Assembly (NCBI RefSeq): GCF_006345805.1
Contig: NC_042999.1
Coordinates: forward strand, 101,308,001 to 101,372,000
Direction of reading: 5' to 3'
Length of the DNA: 64,000 bases
DNA from: Octopus sinensis
Taxonomy: Eukaryota
Part shown: piece by piece, positions 39,350-53,312 of the stretch
How the letters are laid out: each line of letters opens with the position of its first letter
How positions within the stretch are numbered: the first letter of the stretch is position 1
Notes under the pieces: model-generated
What the model saw: only the letters and a program-made list of their open reading frames with translations
Told to the model about the DNA's origin: nothing
Database searches by the model: none
Made by a program: the position numbers and the translations under genes

Positions 39350-42300
39350 TCATATCTACAAAACTCAATGTGTATAAACTCCATATGTACAAAGTATACT
39401 TGGTTCTACTTGTTTATGCAATGCTCTTATGTCATAACAGTGTGTGTGTATGTGTGTGTGTGCATGTGAGTGTGTGCAAGTGTGTGTGTGCATGTGTGTG
39501 TGTGCATGTGAGTGTGTGTGTGCCTGTGTGTGCGTGTGTGTGCATAATAAAATATAGTCTTTTCACTAACTCATTTGATTTAAAAACAAAATGCTCTTAG
39601 CTTTTCACCTTTATCTATGTGTATGTATGTATGCATGTATATATGTATCTGCATGTGCAAGTGTCTACCTAAACAAAGGGTTTAACAATGACAACAAAAC
39701 TGATGCTGATTTGGAGGGTATTAATTTCCACGTGAAATATCACATATTCTAATTTGTTTATAATAAATTGCTTGAGAAATTAAGCATTTTCATTAAGCCA
39801 CTTAAAAAGATGTTAAATCTTAAACATTAACTATTCAGAAAACATAACTAATGATATCCACACATAACAGTGAATAGGTATCTATATTTTCAGTCTACTT
39901 GAAGGTAATTAAATATTAATCATTACCTTTATATTTTATTCAGTAGCATTTCACCTGATTTAATCTACAATAGCCCCCAAGGTATCATATCACTGTGAGC
40001 TCAAGAGCACTTCTTTTTCTCTTTAGCTGTCAATTCTATGCTGCTCTAACATTTTCCATGCAACTTATGATCGTTAACAGATGGGAATGGGTGTATTTCT
40101 TTACAGCTGAATACAAACAAGGGAGGAAAAATAACAAAAGTAGAGATTTGAGGCTTGAATCATTGATCAGTAAGCCTTGGGTAATTACAGGTTTCAGTAG
40201 AGTACAGCAGTAAACATAGTTTTTTATTTCCTAGTTACTGGTGACCCAGAACTGTTTAACTGTTGTTTCCATGGTGCAGTTTAACAGGAAACAGAAATCA
40301 CTACATAAAAAGCAGTACATTTTTATTGTGAGCAGTTTATTTTTAGTTCTTTTGTTCATTAAAGCTAGACACAAAAGAAAATGAGAGACTTTAATTGCAA
40401 GTACAACTCTTTCACTAGTAATCTAATACCTAGGTTAGTGATTCATACAATTATTTTATATGTATAAAAAAAAATCACTTCCATCTATAATATTAGCAAC
40501 AAACTAACATCTAATCAGTAAAAGCTATCAATAACCAGTTGTTTGTTTAATTTGGTCATGAAGTCTGATGTCTTATTAATCAAGCTACACTGACTTTCCT
40601 TCTACTCTTATGCTTTCATGATCATCCTCATCATCAACTCTATCATACTTATCATTTTTACATCTATTTTTAAAACTTTGGTGGATTACAGGGGTCCTTG
40701 TAACGACCTCTCTTGTCAGCTTGCTTGCTAATTATTTCCTATCAATTACCTCAGTGATACGTTATGCACTCGCGTTCACATAACAAAATACATTTGTAAA
40801 TCAAAAACAAAATTTGAATACCTTTTCATAGGTAATGACAATGTATAAGTAAATCAAACTGCTATTCAATATCTGCACTATATGCATATATTTCACATCA
40901 TCATCTTTTTCATCAGTTCAATATCCATTTCCTTTACTGGTATGGATTATGTGGGTCAATACAACAGACTATTTTCACAAATTATTTTTTTTCCAAAGAA
41001 CAAGCTTTTTTAAGGTTCAATTTAAGTTCCTTATTTCCATTCCTTCACCACCACCCGCACACTTATTTTAAGTTAATTCACCTGTAATATAATATTTGTA
41101 TTCTCACACACAAACTGAATCTACAACCTACTACAACTCTATTCAGAGCTTACTTTATCATGGTGCGCTCTTCAATCATTCAAAACTTAATCCATTAGAT
41201 TAACCATTTTAACAGCAACCCATCAAAGATCACTCATTCAAATTTAAATTAAAATCTTGATCAAGCTCCCATTATTGCATGAATGATGATACAAGACATT
41301 AGAATTCACTTTGATATGAGACATTAGGATTCATGCTGATTATAATTCAAAACACATCACACCTTTTGTCCTATTTACATAAAAGATATTAGCTAACTTT
41401 CTATTTCCAGTTGTTGCTTAGAACAACAAACTATACTCAAAAACAGTCTATCCATGACCATCTAGTCCTTTCTTCAAATAGAATGAATGATGCTATATTC
41501 TTCTCTCTGCTTCTTAATATAGCTTCTAGATATAGTTTTTTTAACCTCTTTTCTTTCCCATTTTCCAAGCATGTAATTTTCTCATACGATTTTTTTCATT
41601 TTATTTAACCCCATATATTACTTTCTATCTCTATATTTCTCTTCCAGTCACAGACATAACTAATGGCTTGCAACAGCAACTATTTTCTATTTTAATTAGT
41701 TTCTACTTCTCCATTCCTCTAAGAATCTTCAATCTATATGAAAACAAAACCTTAAGGTTGTAGTTTTTAACATATATAAAACCTCGTTGCTTTATTTCTT
41801 TCTTTTATACTGTAATTTACTAATAATCTAATAAGGATGTATATTTCACAGCAAGTATTAACTTTATGTTCTTAAGTTATTTGTTTTGTCTAAAAAACAA
41901 TGTAAGTTTATAAATGGTAGGTAACCAGCTTTAGTTACAAGTTGTAAAATAATAAAATTCTATAATTCTAATGTTATTACTGTTCCTGTATTATGACCAT
42001 AGACAACACCCATGTATACAATGGGATTGTTTGTGGTGGCCACCACTATAGACATTAAAATTCTTCACTGTAAATAAAATAAAATAAATATGATGTTATT
42101 GGATGAATAATAAGATAGACTGAATGAATTGAGAAAGTAGCTTAGTATCAAAGTCATGGATCAAAGCATACTAGTGAAAAGACTACATTGTTAGATGGTA
42201 GTAGAGTAGACGCAGAACATAGAATACATATAATGAGATAATTTGATCAGACCTGAGAAATTTACACCACACAGATGAGATAACAAATATATTATTTGGC

Positions 42301-43678
42301 AAGTGAAAATAATCTGATTTAATCCAATCTTCAAGGAGAAAATACATGATGATAGTTGAGAAAACACAAAAAAACACAAATTACCCATGAAAACAAACAA
42401 AATCATATGCAAATATAAAGAGGTATAGTTTACATTCATTTAAAACTGCATGAAAAAATGAATTTAACTTTATTTTAGAGATGTTTAACACCTTTCGCTA
42501 TTTATTGCTGGCTACAACATCTCAGATGATACCACAAAAGAAAAAAAGCTAAATAAGCAAAAATTTCAAAATATACTGACACAAGGCACATCTTTTGCAT
42601 TCAAGGGAGTATAATTGATTGAATCAAGCCAAGTGTATTACAACAGTGAAAGAACAGAGCAAGAAAGAGTGTATATCATGAACAGTAATGCATTTCCAGT
42701 TTATTTGAACTCCAGAAATTACATTTTAAAACCGAAACCTAAAGTGGCCTTAGGAAGAAATAGTATATGCTAAACATTCAGTAAATTAAGAGAACAAAGG
42801 AAAAAATATATTATTTAATGTAGCATTACATATCAACAGCAGTCACTGAAGAGCACAAGCTGAGACTACACTATACTGCATAATACTCAACAGAAAATGA
42901 ACAGATATACATCAATAAGATTGTAAGATCTCACAGCTTATTTTTGCCTTTATTTTCATTTTCTACCTATCACTAGCACAAGAGATAATTTGATTTCTTG
43001 TAGTTAATCACAGTTTGATTGATATCAAATAAATTTGGTTTTCAAATCTAATTTAGGGTTTTTAAACTCAAGGTATTCTTTGCTTCCATGAGGATATAAA
43101 GTTTCTGTATGCATCTCCAACATCTCTCTCTATGAGTGTATACTATTTATCAATGACAGTGATCCTAATGATACTAATAATTCTTTCTGAAATATAAAAA
43201 TTCTTTCATTATACCAAAGTGGATTATATGTGACAGTGAGGTGTACTCACATATATAATGAAAGAATGTGAATGTGTGTGTGTACAAGTGTGTGTGCACA
43301 TGCATGTGTTATAATTTGTAACGTGTGGAAGACTGTGGAAGAATTATGATCACTATTTCCAGTACATATGTACCATTATATTCATTCTTGTTTTATTTTG
43401 AAATACTCTAAGGTATTTCTTAACTTTTCCATGCAAGCCTGTGCTATAAATATATATATTTGTTTTACAGCCAAATGCCCTTCCTGTCACTACTATTACA
43501 TGTTTTTCAAATAAGTACTCTCTTATTTCATTCACATGTCTTTGAAAGTGCTACATGAGAAGCTGATTTGATGACAGAAATGACAACACTGCTTGCAGCA
43601 AGCAACTTTCATAGCACCTAAACATAGACACGGATGCATACATAAACACATACACACAGTACTAATAAAATACAAAAG

Positions 43679-43913
43679 AACAGGTATGCTATTCAATGCT
43701 TTATAGAACATACATGCATTTCAGCATTTACCATCATGATTATGTAATTGCTGTTAAACATTATATAATCATGTAATTTACCTCTTCAGTGTTCAGCAAG
43801 AAATATTTCTTGAAGAGTTGAATTACAAGATTACAAGATTATATGTTTCAACAGCAATTATGCAATCATGAAATGCATATATGTTCTATAAAATATTGAA
43901 TACCATAGCTGTT
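43679..43913. repeat. ~235-bp foldback (MITE-like)
   Basis: Arms 43679-43788 and 43811-43913 are imperfect reverse complements; the centre includes agaaatatttct. Confidence 0.8.
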
Positions 43914-44509
43914 TTCTGTATATTATTAATACTATTACATGGCTCATATTCCACATGCACTCGCCTATCCCATGGTTTGATGCCCCACATTGTGCTGTAC
44001 TGTCTATAGGAGTGGTGTGTGGGAATCAAACTTAGGCTGTATGTTGCGCTTCACAACATGTATATTCTCTACACTACGTATACACTAATACTTCACATCA
44101 ACCACACCTCCACCCTTGTTCATCATTCGTCATAGTCACCTCTATCCCCATCTATAACCATCTGTTACTTTCCCCTCATGTTCTTATGAAAGTGTCCATT
44201 CTCTCCTCCCCTTCCATGACCCACAGCCCATATCTGTTCTTATGCTCACCTCCTCGTACCTTGAATGTTTGCTCTGGCACTCCCTCCATCATTACCTTCT
44301 TTTATCTCTTTTCTCAACTCTTCCCACCCATATACAATATGGGGTGGCCATGTATCTCTTCCACAGCAAGACACTTGCACTTGTCTCTGAATCATGCTTT
44401 GTCCTTTCAACACCTGGCATAAAGCCACCACCCCATCTCAAATGCACCCCCACCAACTTAGTAGCAACAGCTTTTTCCTTTTCCTTTAGCCCTAGTCTTT
44501 CTCTGTCTT

Positions 44510-44722
44510 GCAAGTTACTCAGCAATGCCACTCATGGCAGTAGCATAAAAAATGTACCTAGAATGCGCTGTAACGTGGTCAGGAAGGACATCCAATAGTA
44601 GAAACCATGCCAAAGCCGACACAGGAACTCAGTGGAACCCTGCAACTTGCCAGATCATGTAAAACCATCAAACTCATGCCAGCATAGAAAACAGATGTTA
44701 AATGATGATGATGATGATGATG
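44510..44722 (+). mobile_element. SINE-like element with RTE-type (GAT)n tail
   Basis: aggaaggacatccaatagtagaaaccatgcc...catgccagcatagaaaacagatgttaaatgatgatg. Confidence 0.65.
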
Positions 44723-46206
44723 CTGTAGATTCCAAATGACATTCATGAATCTTCTGCAATGAAACCGCTTCAGTTTCACCACACAAGCTTAGATCAAGTC
44801 ACATCTCAACATCTTATGCCTGAAATTTGGTAGACAGAAACTGTAAGAATGCTTGTGTGCATGTGTGTGTGTGTGTGTGCATATGTGTGTGTTTGTGTAT
44901 ATGTATGTGCATGTGTGTGCACGTGAATGCATGCATGTGTGCACGCTTTCACATTGACATGGCTTGGATAGTGATAATATTTATGCCCACATGAGCAACA
45001 TTTCCTGCAACTCCACAGTCAGATATGCTAAGACCAAAAGAAGAAAGTACCTTACTTGAAAACAAGTAAGTGTTGGCACCATGAAGCGAATCTGGCTATA
45101 GAATACTACCTAATGCGTCTCATTCTACCTAGGCCAGTATAGGAAAAGCGCACATGGAAATGCTGCTGCTATTGATGATGATGATGATGAGGAGGAGGAG
45201 GATAATGACAATGATTATGATGATGATTCATTAACTACATTCACAGGTAAAACTACTTAGCATAACCGCCCTTACAGTGTTAAAAATTCCTCTATAAACA
45301 AAACTACGAGCAAAACATTTTCGTATTCACCAATCACTAGTTTATACATGCTTGAGCATTCATAAGTGCACCACAGGAGCCTTCATAGGAATTTTTCATG
45401 AAAATTATTTTTTATAGATTTTATACTTTATTCATAGAATTTTTCTATAGAAATATTTATACTTTCTGAACATTGAAATTTGCCCACATGTGGAACCTCT
45501 AATTCATGCCAAGTTGTTTTCAGTGGTAGATGAGCAGAACAACCTTGTGTATATACACAAGCTTCAAATATCATATCTTTTGCCTGAGGAACAGAAACAA
45601 GAAATTTCAAGTAAGCAACACACAGATTCAGCTTCTAATAAATATATTACATACATGCATACATACATACAACATACACACATACATGCATACATACAAA
45701 AGTACATACATGCATGCAAACATACATACATACACACAAACACAAGCATACACAACACACACACACACACATACTTAAATACATTTACACTCAAACTTAA
45801 ATACAAGAAAATAAAGTAATTTAAGGTTCTATATAAATCAACAGCCTGTTCAATTTACATTCGATTAAAGCTTTGCCTATTTTTGTCAATAGCCAAAGCA
45901 GACACCTCTTGTCATCAATATTATATCTATTGCCTCCATTTGCTCCACCCAGTGTTACGAACAAAGATCAATTTTCTCTTCTTACTATACCAAGTATCAA
46001 CCATTACAGTCACAAGCTAAAATTCTATCTTCTTGGTGCTGCAATCCTGACACTCATCCTCTTATTCACCAGCAACTGCTATTTTCATACTAATAGATGC
46101 TGAGGGGAGGAGGAGGAGGAGGAGGTGAGTGTGAGTGATGTCTTTCTGTTTACACTGCAATGATGCTTTCGGTTACATTTTAAAAGAAAGATAAAGTTGT
46201 ACATAT

Positions 46207-46652
46207 AGGCGCAGGAATGGCTGTGTGGTAAGTAGCTTGCTTACCAACCACATGGTTCCGGGTTCAGTCCCACTGCATGGCACCTTTGGCAAGTGTCTTC
46301 TACTATAGCCTCAGGCCGACCAAAGCCTTCTGAGTGGATTTGGTAGACGGAAACTGAAGGAAGTCCGTCGTATGTGTATATACATATACGTACATACGTA
46401 CATACATATGTATGTATGTATGTACGTATGCATGCATGCATGCATATGTTTGTGTGTCTGTGTTTGTCCCTCCCACCATTGCTTGACAACTGATGTTGGT
46501 GTGTTTATGTCCCTGTAACTTAGCAGTTCGGCAAAAAGAGACCAATAGAATAGGTACTAGACTTACTAAGAATAAGCCTTGGGGTCAATATGTTCAACTA
46601 AAGGTAGTGCTCCAGCATGACTGCAGTCAAATGACTGAAACAAATAAAAGAA
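46207..46652 (+). mobile_element. SINE family A, full length
   Basis: aggcgcaggaatggctgtgtggtaag head; central (TA)/(CATA)/(TGCA) tract; 3' tgctccagcatgactgcagtcaaatgactgaaac. Confidence 0.95.
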
Positions 46653-47481
46653 TATGAATTAAGATTTAAGTATTGTTTACATCCTTAAAAAGGATGTTTG
46701 TAAGGATGTCTGTAAAGCATAGCTAAATTGGTTATGAAGTTCTTTTATAGAATTTCTAGATCTCTGGTTCAATCCTGATGTATGGTACCTTGATCAACTA
46801 TCTTCTAATGCAGCTTTGAGTAGAGATAAGCCCTGTAAGTGAAACTGGGTTGACAAAAATTGTGTTGAACCTATTAGACAAACTGTACTTGTAATTAAAA
46901 GGCTCCAGCCTTGTCACTTACTGCATCATGCAGACTCTACCTGTGAACTGCATTATGAGTATAAATCTATGAGAAATACTTAACCTTTTATACTATGTTT
47001 CTACGAATAGGTAGTTCTATTGATTGAAAAGCCAAAACAGTCATTGTTGAGTGAGTTTGTTTCAACTTAATTCAATAAACAATCATGACTGAAGGTTGTT
47101 TTTAATTTTTGTAGCTATTTCTCTTATTTAAATTAAGACCTTGGGAAAACCTTCAGGTCAAGTTGAGTCAACAAGAAAACCTGTAGGTGGTTACTCAATC
47201 TACAAGATATAGGGGCCAACAAATTTTCATTAAATAACACCCTACCATTTTAACACTTCACTACCTGAAAAACTGAAAAAGAATGAGATGATCATAGCTG
47301 AAATGACTTTGATAGTAAGTTCTCAGCATCATAACAGCTGACCTAGAGCTAACATATAGCAATATTGAGGTCAGAATTCATTTTAACATTCCCTAATGTC
47401 ATAGGACCAACTGTCTGACGAGGGATGTCTGAGATCATAAAAGGTCAAGAAATAGACCTTTTAGCTTTTGTTTATAGAGCA

Positions 47482-47483
<2 letters not shown>

Positions 47484-47516
<33 letters not shown>

Positions 47517-47692
47517 CATACATACATACATGCATGCATGCATGCATGCATGCATACATACATACATACATACATACATACATACATACATACATACATA
47601 CATACATACATACATACATACATACATGCATGCATACACACACATACACAAACCTATAAACATATGTATATGCACACACGTGCACACACACA
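47484..47692. repeat. Alternating purine-pyrimidine compound microsatellite (TA)n(TGCA)n(CATA)n
   Basis: Directly visible. Confidence 0.95.
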
Positions 47693-48626
47693 CAAAGACA
47701 AAAGAATGGAGAATTACACATTCTTTAATCAGCTTTGCACATTTTAGATCAGTTGGCAAGTTCCAAAACTCTGTGATGCAGTAATCATGCAAATTAATCA
47801 ATCCCATATTTGACTAAGATTCCACAGAGATAGAGGAATTTAACATCATCCTGTCTTTATCAAAGCTATGCCACACTGGAACAGAGAACATTTTAAGGAG
47901 GTAGTTCGTAGTAAAACTAACAATATTTCACCAGTATAAGGAGGTAGAGAGATCTTTAGCAGACCTACTTAGGAACTGTATGTATCAGAACATGCTAGAA
48001 TTGTAATAAGATCCTTAGTTTTTTCAATCCCACTCATCAACTTGAAGAATGTTTATGGCAAAATTCATACCCTATTTAAACTATTACTGACCAATTCAAA
48101 TACACAGAGGAGGTATGTATGTAGAACCAAGCTATTCAGTAGAAAATTGTTTAGGTCATGATGAAGATGTCATTTGATCAGCATCAATTCTAAATTCAAA
48201 CTATGAGTATGAGAATTTTAAAGAAAAATAACTATTAGTTATTATTCACTAAAGAAGATATTCTACTTCAAAAAAAATTGTTTTCCTTAAAAGAATAAAT
48301 ATTTAAAAAATAAAATAGTTGTAATATGAACTTGCCAATCTATCTGAAGTGTGCATAAGCTGATTAAAGAATGTATAATTCTCCATTCTTTTTGTGTTTT
48401 ACTTCTATACTCTGTCACCTTATACTAAATTTGGTGTTTGAACTTTGGATTTACAAACTGGACAGGCAGTGGAAATTTTTATGACCGAATGGATTACAAT
48501 ATTACAATCGTTCCATTTGCCAAAAGGTTTGCATGGTACCAGCTGAGAGACATTCATATCCATAGAACATGATTAACACTTTATTTTACTGAACCCTCAT
48601 CTGTCATTCATGACAAGAGAATCCAT

Positions 48627-48672
<46 letters not shown>

Positions 48673-48899
48673 CACCTCCAAAATACAACAATTTTCAAGT
48701 CACAAATAGAAACTTTTAAAAATTACTTGGGAGATTCCTTTAAAATCTATAGCTGTTGTAAACCATATATGAGCCATCATCTGTTGAAAGTAACATCACT
48801 CACACTGGGCTGGGTTAAGCAGATTAATTTTAGCAGGAGCCATACATTCCAAAGAGAAACCGTTTAATGTGTTAGATTAAACTAGCAAATAGAACTAAC

Positions 48900-49080
48900 T
48901 GCATAGAATATATATAAAGTGTATTATGAAATGTAAATGGATTATGTATTTAGACATGAGTCCAGGCCCAAAACTGTCCTATTTTGTAGATGCAAACATG
49001 CAACCATTCTGAAATGTGAAAAAACACAAAATACAAAGCACTTCCAGTCCCAAGTATTTCAGACAAAGGATTATTAACTG
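48900..49080 (-). mobile_element. pogo/Tigger-like MITE half (resembles Tigger4/Zombi-MER46 from memory)
   Basis: Minus strand cagttaataatcctttgtctgaaatacttgggactggaagtg...gtctaaatacataatccatttacatttcat. Confidence 0.5.
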
Positions 49081-51439
49081 AAGTAATGATTTGTCATGCT
49101 TTATTCAGATCCAAAATGCTACTATGGATCATTAATATTGCATACAAATCAAATATGAACAGGCTAAGCAGAACTGATCAGATACTACTTCATTTTGTTA
49201 TGCTATTTACTACCTAAAGAGGTATAATAGCACAACTATCAACCTATAAAAGGTTTTCTTCATTACACATACACACACACTTGCAAACACACATTTCACT
49301 ATAAGGACACTCACTCTGGTCTTGATGGTCACAGCTATTACAATAATAACACTCTTATCTACAAAACATTAGTAATCTTGTAAATAAGAACATTATTACC
49401 TTCACTTTAGAAATAAAGAAGTGCAGTCAGAATCATTAGAGTGTTGGACAAAATGCTTTAGGTCTTTTTCTGGCTCTTTGCAGTTCAAGTACTATCAAGA
49501 TCAATTTTGCCTTTCATTATCCTGGGGTCAATAAAATAAAGTACCAATCAAGGTGTTAGAGTGGAACCCTCTCTCTCCCACCTCTACTATTATATCTTTG
49601 AGGTTCTGCTGGCTCTCAGGTGCAAGGGTCAAAAAAGTATCTGTCTGCTCATGACTAGACAGGAATCCAAAATAGGAGTGAAAGTATGGTATATGCTACT
49701 ATCAAGTAATAGTCAACTATCAAGTAATAGTTCACTAAAAAGCCTTATTAAAGCACTGCCTTCAAGGATTTAGCTGATCATGTCAACCCAGTACTTATTT
49801 TATTTTGATGATTATTTTGTTATTTCCTATTTCTCAAAACATTTAATTATCTAACATAAATGGACATTACAAGAACCCAATCACACAAATACACAATAAA
49901 TGGTAGGCTGCAAGTTTTACATCTTTCCATGTAGCAAATTTCACTCACAAAGCATTAATCAATATGAAACTATAGCAGATGTAACTTACAATAAGAGCTG
50001 TCCAATGAGATTAAGAGGCTAAGAGTTATTTGAGTGTCCAAGAAATGCCCTGAGTCATTCATTCTGACTCTTTATATTCCAGAACTTTGCTTTTCAGTCA
50101 AATACTGGGGTCAGTAATATTGACTAACCCCTCCCACTAAAAGTTTCTGGACTTGTACCTATGCTAGAAACAATTATTTCATTTTACATTTCAGAAAAAA
50201 AGATGAGAAAAAATGTTCTAACTGCCATTGTTTCATTTGATTTATATTGTATTCTTAATAAACTTTAAAAAAGCACTAGAATCTTTCACTGAAAAATGGT
50301 AAACCCGTATGTGACAATATTCACAATGAAATACACTTATTATGTTTCAATTCGTTTTGAAAAAAATCTAAGAAACTGGGGGGGGGGGGGTAAAGAAAAA
50401 GAAAACCTTTTTGTAATTCTGCTGATATTTGAAATACAACTAAATATAAGATTCTTCCATAAAATAATGATGGAAAGTTTTAAGTGAAATATGAAAACTG
50501 TAAAATAGATGTTTGTTGTTTAATCTCAGGTCAGCCACAATAAAATAGATCAAAAGCAATTTTTCCATGACTGTTCCATCAGTTTATATGCCTGAGATTA
50601 TATTGTTCAATGTGCCTTTTCTTCTCTAAGACAAGTGTGATTTCAGGAAGATTTGACTGCTATTTCTAGTAAGTTGAATAGCCATGTATAGGTTTCACTG
50701 TTAAATGAGACTGCTTCTAATTCCAGGATACAAAACCTTTGACAGGAGTCAAAGGCAATCTCAGATGACTTAATAATGAAAATGTTTTGAATAAAATATT
50801 ATTACAGAATAACCCAGAGAAGTGGTGACTCATCAGAATTAATATATTTGCAGTTCTGAAATTAAACATCAAATAGTTATCTAACATTATTGTAACATTT
50901 ATGAACAGCACCATCACCAAATTACAAGAGAAAAAAAAGAGAACAAAATTAAAAAACGTCAGTTTTATAATTAATGAAAATCTGAAGCCATACTTAATCC
51001 ATACACTTAGAGAGGCAAACAAAGGCAGTCAGCTGACTTGTGCAGATAGTAATGTATATACACAAACACACACACAAATAAACATACATGAAATAAACAG
51101 CAGTTTTTATTTCTTATCTGTTTGACAAAAATCCAACCCTCACTGCAGATATAAAGAAAGCAGGTGCTATCTGTGAAATACTGTGTAGTAGTTGTTTGTC
51201 TATACAGGAACAACTTCTGTGATCAGATTAGTATTTCCTCAGTTACAATTCAAAATATGCGAAAGTTTAATAAATATGAAATGACTCAATACCTGTGAAC
51301 AATTGGCCATTGTCAAACAAAATATGAACAGAATGGATTTCAACTAACAGCTCCTCAAAAAAGGCAGCACATACTAAAAGAAGAAAACAATTAGTTAATG
51401 GTCTGAGAAATTTTAAGTCAACAGATGACTAGTTATATT

Positions 51440-51653
51440 TTTTTCTACTCTAGGCACAAGGCCTGAAATTTTTAGGGACGGGGTCAGTTGATTAGATCGA
51501 CCCCAGTATGCAACTGGTACTTAATTTATTGACCCTGGTAGGATGAAAGGCAAAGTTGACCTTGGCAGAATTTGAACTCAGAATGTAAAGACAGTCGAAA
51601 TACCGCTAAGCATTTTTCCCAGTGTGCTAACATTTTTGCCAGCTCGCCACCTT
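51440..51653 (-). mobile_element. SINE family B with perfect 17-bp TSD
   Basis: agatgactagttatatt at 51423-51439 and 51654-51670; intact head (ggtggcgagctggca on minus) and T-rich tail. Confidence 0.95.
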
Positions 51654-53312
51654 AGATGACTAGTTATATTGCACTGATACTGGCTGAAGAAGAAAAAACA
51701 AGAATTGTGTAAGAAGGTAGTGGAACAAACAAATGAAAAGAACAAAGAAATGAAGTGTAAATTTTCAACACAAGTCTTTTCCTTCATCAATCTTACTTTT
51801 GACACAGGAACTACTCAAGAACAATAACAAATGACTTGAGAAAACATCCAACAACAACAATTTATTTCTAAATTATTTATTTAATGATTTCTTTATGATG
51901 ATGATTTCTTGACAATAACAATAACTGTAGTTAAGATTCAAAATGGATTTTGTATTATCCACCTATTCACATGAACATACTTTTGAAACTTATTTTACCT
52001 ATTTTACCATCAGCACCAAAATTCTGAAAAATCATAATTCAATATAACTAATACTACTTAAAACACTCACCTCTAACAAACCAAAGAATAAAGATCCTTA
52101 TGCAAATAAAAAAAATTAATCAACTTCATTCAAATAAAGAAAGGACAAAGACAGTCAGATAAAAACACAAAAATTAAGTGTTTTGAAATACACATTAATT
52201 TCTAGTAGAAATAATAAAGAGAAAACAAGAAATACAAAGGGAATGATTTTAAGCTTTCATTTTAATTCATTACCATCTTAAGAATGAAAGTATGAGCCTG
52301 AGAAAAAAAGATGTGTTGGTCATGGCTGGTATGCCTTTGATCATCAGTCTGCTTGATCAGGGTTAACCTAAGCTAACCAACCATAGTAGAAGCTACAGGC
52401 TTCAAGGACTTTGTGATTGTTTTTTATCTTTTATCTTTTTATTTGATTCAATCATTGGATGGCAACCATGCTAGGGTACCACCTTGAAGGGTTTTAGTTG
52501 AACAAATCAACCTTGGAACTTCTTTTCTTTTCTTTTTTTTTTTCTTTTTAGAGTCTGGTACTTACTGTATTGGTCTCTTGTGCTGAACTGCTAAATTACA
52601 AGAATGTCAACAAACAGCGGTGGTGCCCCAGCATGGCCGCGGCCTTCGGGCTAAAACATTTTTAAGGATTTAAGGATTTAAACCTACAAGCAATGGTAAG
52701 ACAAACACAAACAAAGACTGGTCATGGCTGGAATGTCTTGATTATAGGTATGGTCATTCAGAAATGATCTGGGGTTCAATAGCAATAACAAGAATATCTG
52801 TTGGTTGAGAAGACCTTTGTCATAAAGATGGTCAGTAAAAAAGCCACATTTGGTCTTACACCCCACATAGGCAATGCTCATAGAATGTTTCATGCTCATA
52901 GAATGTATCAATAAGAGTATAACTTTATCATCCTAGTCATGACTATCCTATATAGAACTGAGATCTTAAACAATGTATGGACAACCTACAACACTTTTGA
53001 TGGTATGTAGCCCTTTATGATTATTTTGTATGGCACACGTAATATCATGATTACATAAATATAACATTCACCTAAAATTTTGTAACATATTCTTTAGGTT
53101 TAACTCTTAAGTTCATTTCTTTGCCTCTCTCATTTAATCAGGATTTTTCTTAATCAAGTCTCATGGAACTGGGTAATTATCTGAATTATCAAATAGTGAA
53201 AATGTCCTAGATATCATGATTGTTAAATCATTGCTCAAGTCATACAACCTGATTTATGATGAGCAATGCTTTAAAAGGCCTGCTGATAGAAAAAATATTG
53301 TCCATGTTTATC

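Noticed and set aside
37768-39600. Many ORFs rich in CV, YI, HT and MY dipeptides (also near 26.6, 45.5, 47.5, 54.4 and 55.7 kb)
   Set aside because: Dinucleotide and tetranucleotide microsatellites lack stop codons; these are not genes.
40028-40169. Exon-like segment (ctttttctctttag ... gtaagc) in an open frame
   Set aside because: The peptide is not recognised and such signals are common by chance in AT-rich DNA; RNA-seq would be needed.
45524-45610. 87-nt phase-symmetric exon candidate (tttcag ... gtaagc)
   Set aside because: No recognisable homology; it contains an 18-bp palindrome (cttgtgtatatacacaag) that looks microsatellite-derived, and an equally plausible acceptor exists on the other strand.
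50378-50390. G13 homopolymer
   Set aside because: An isolated run with no supporting context; its length is error-prone in assemblies.
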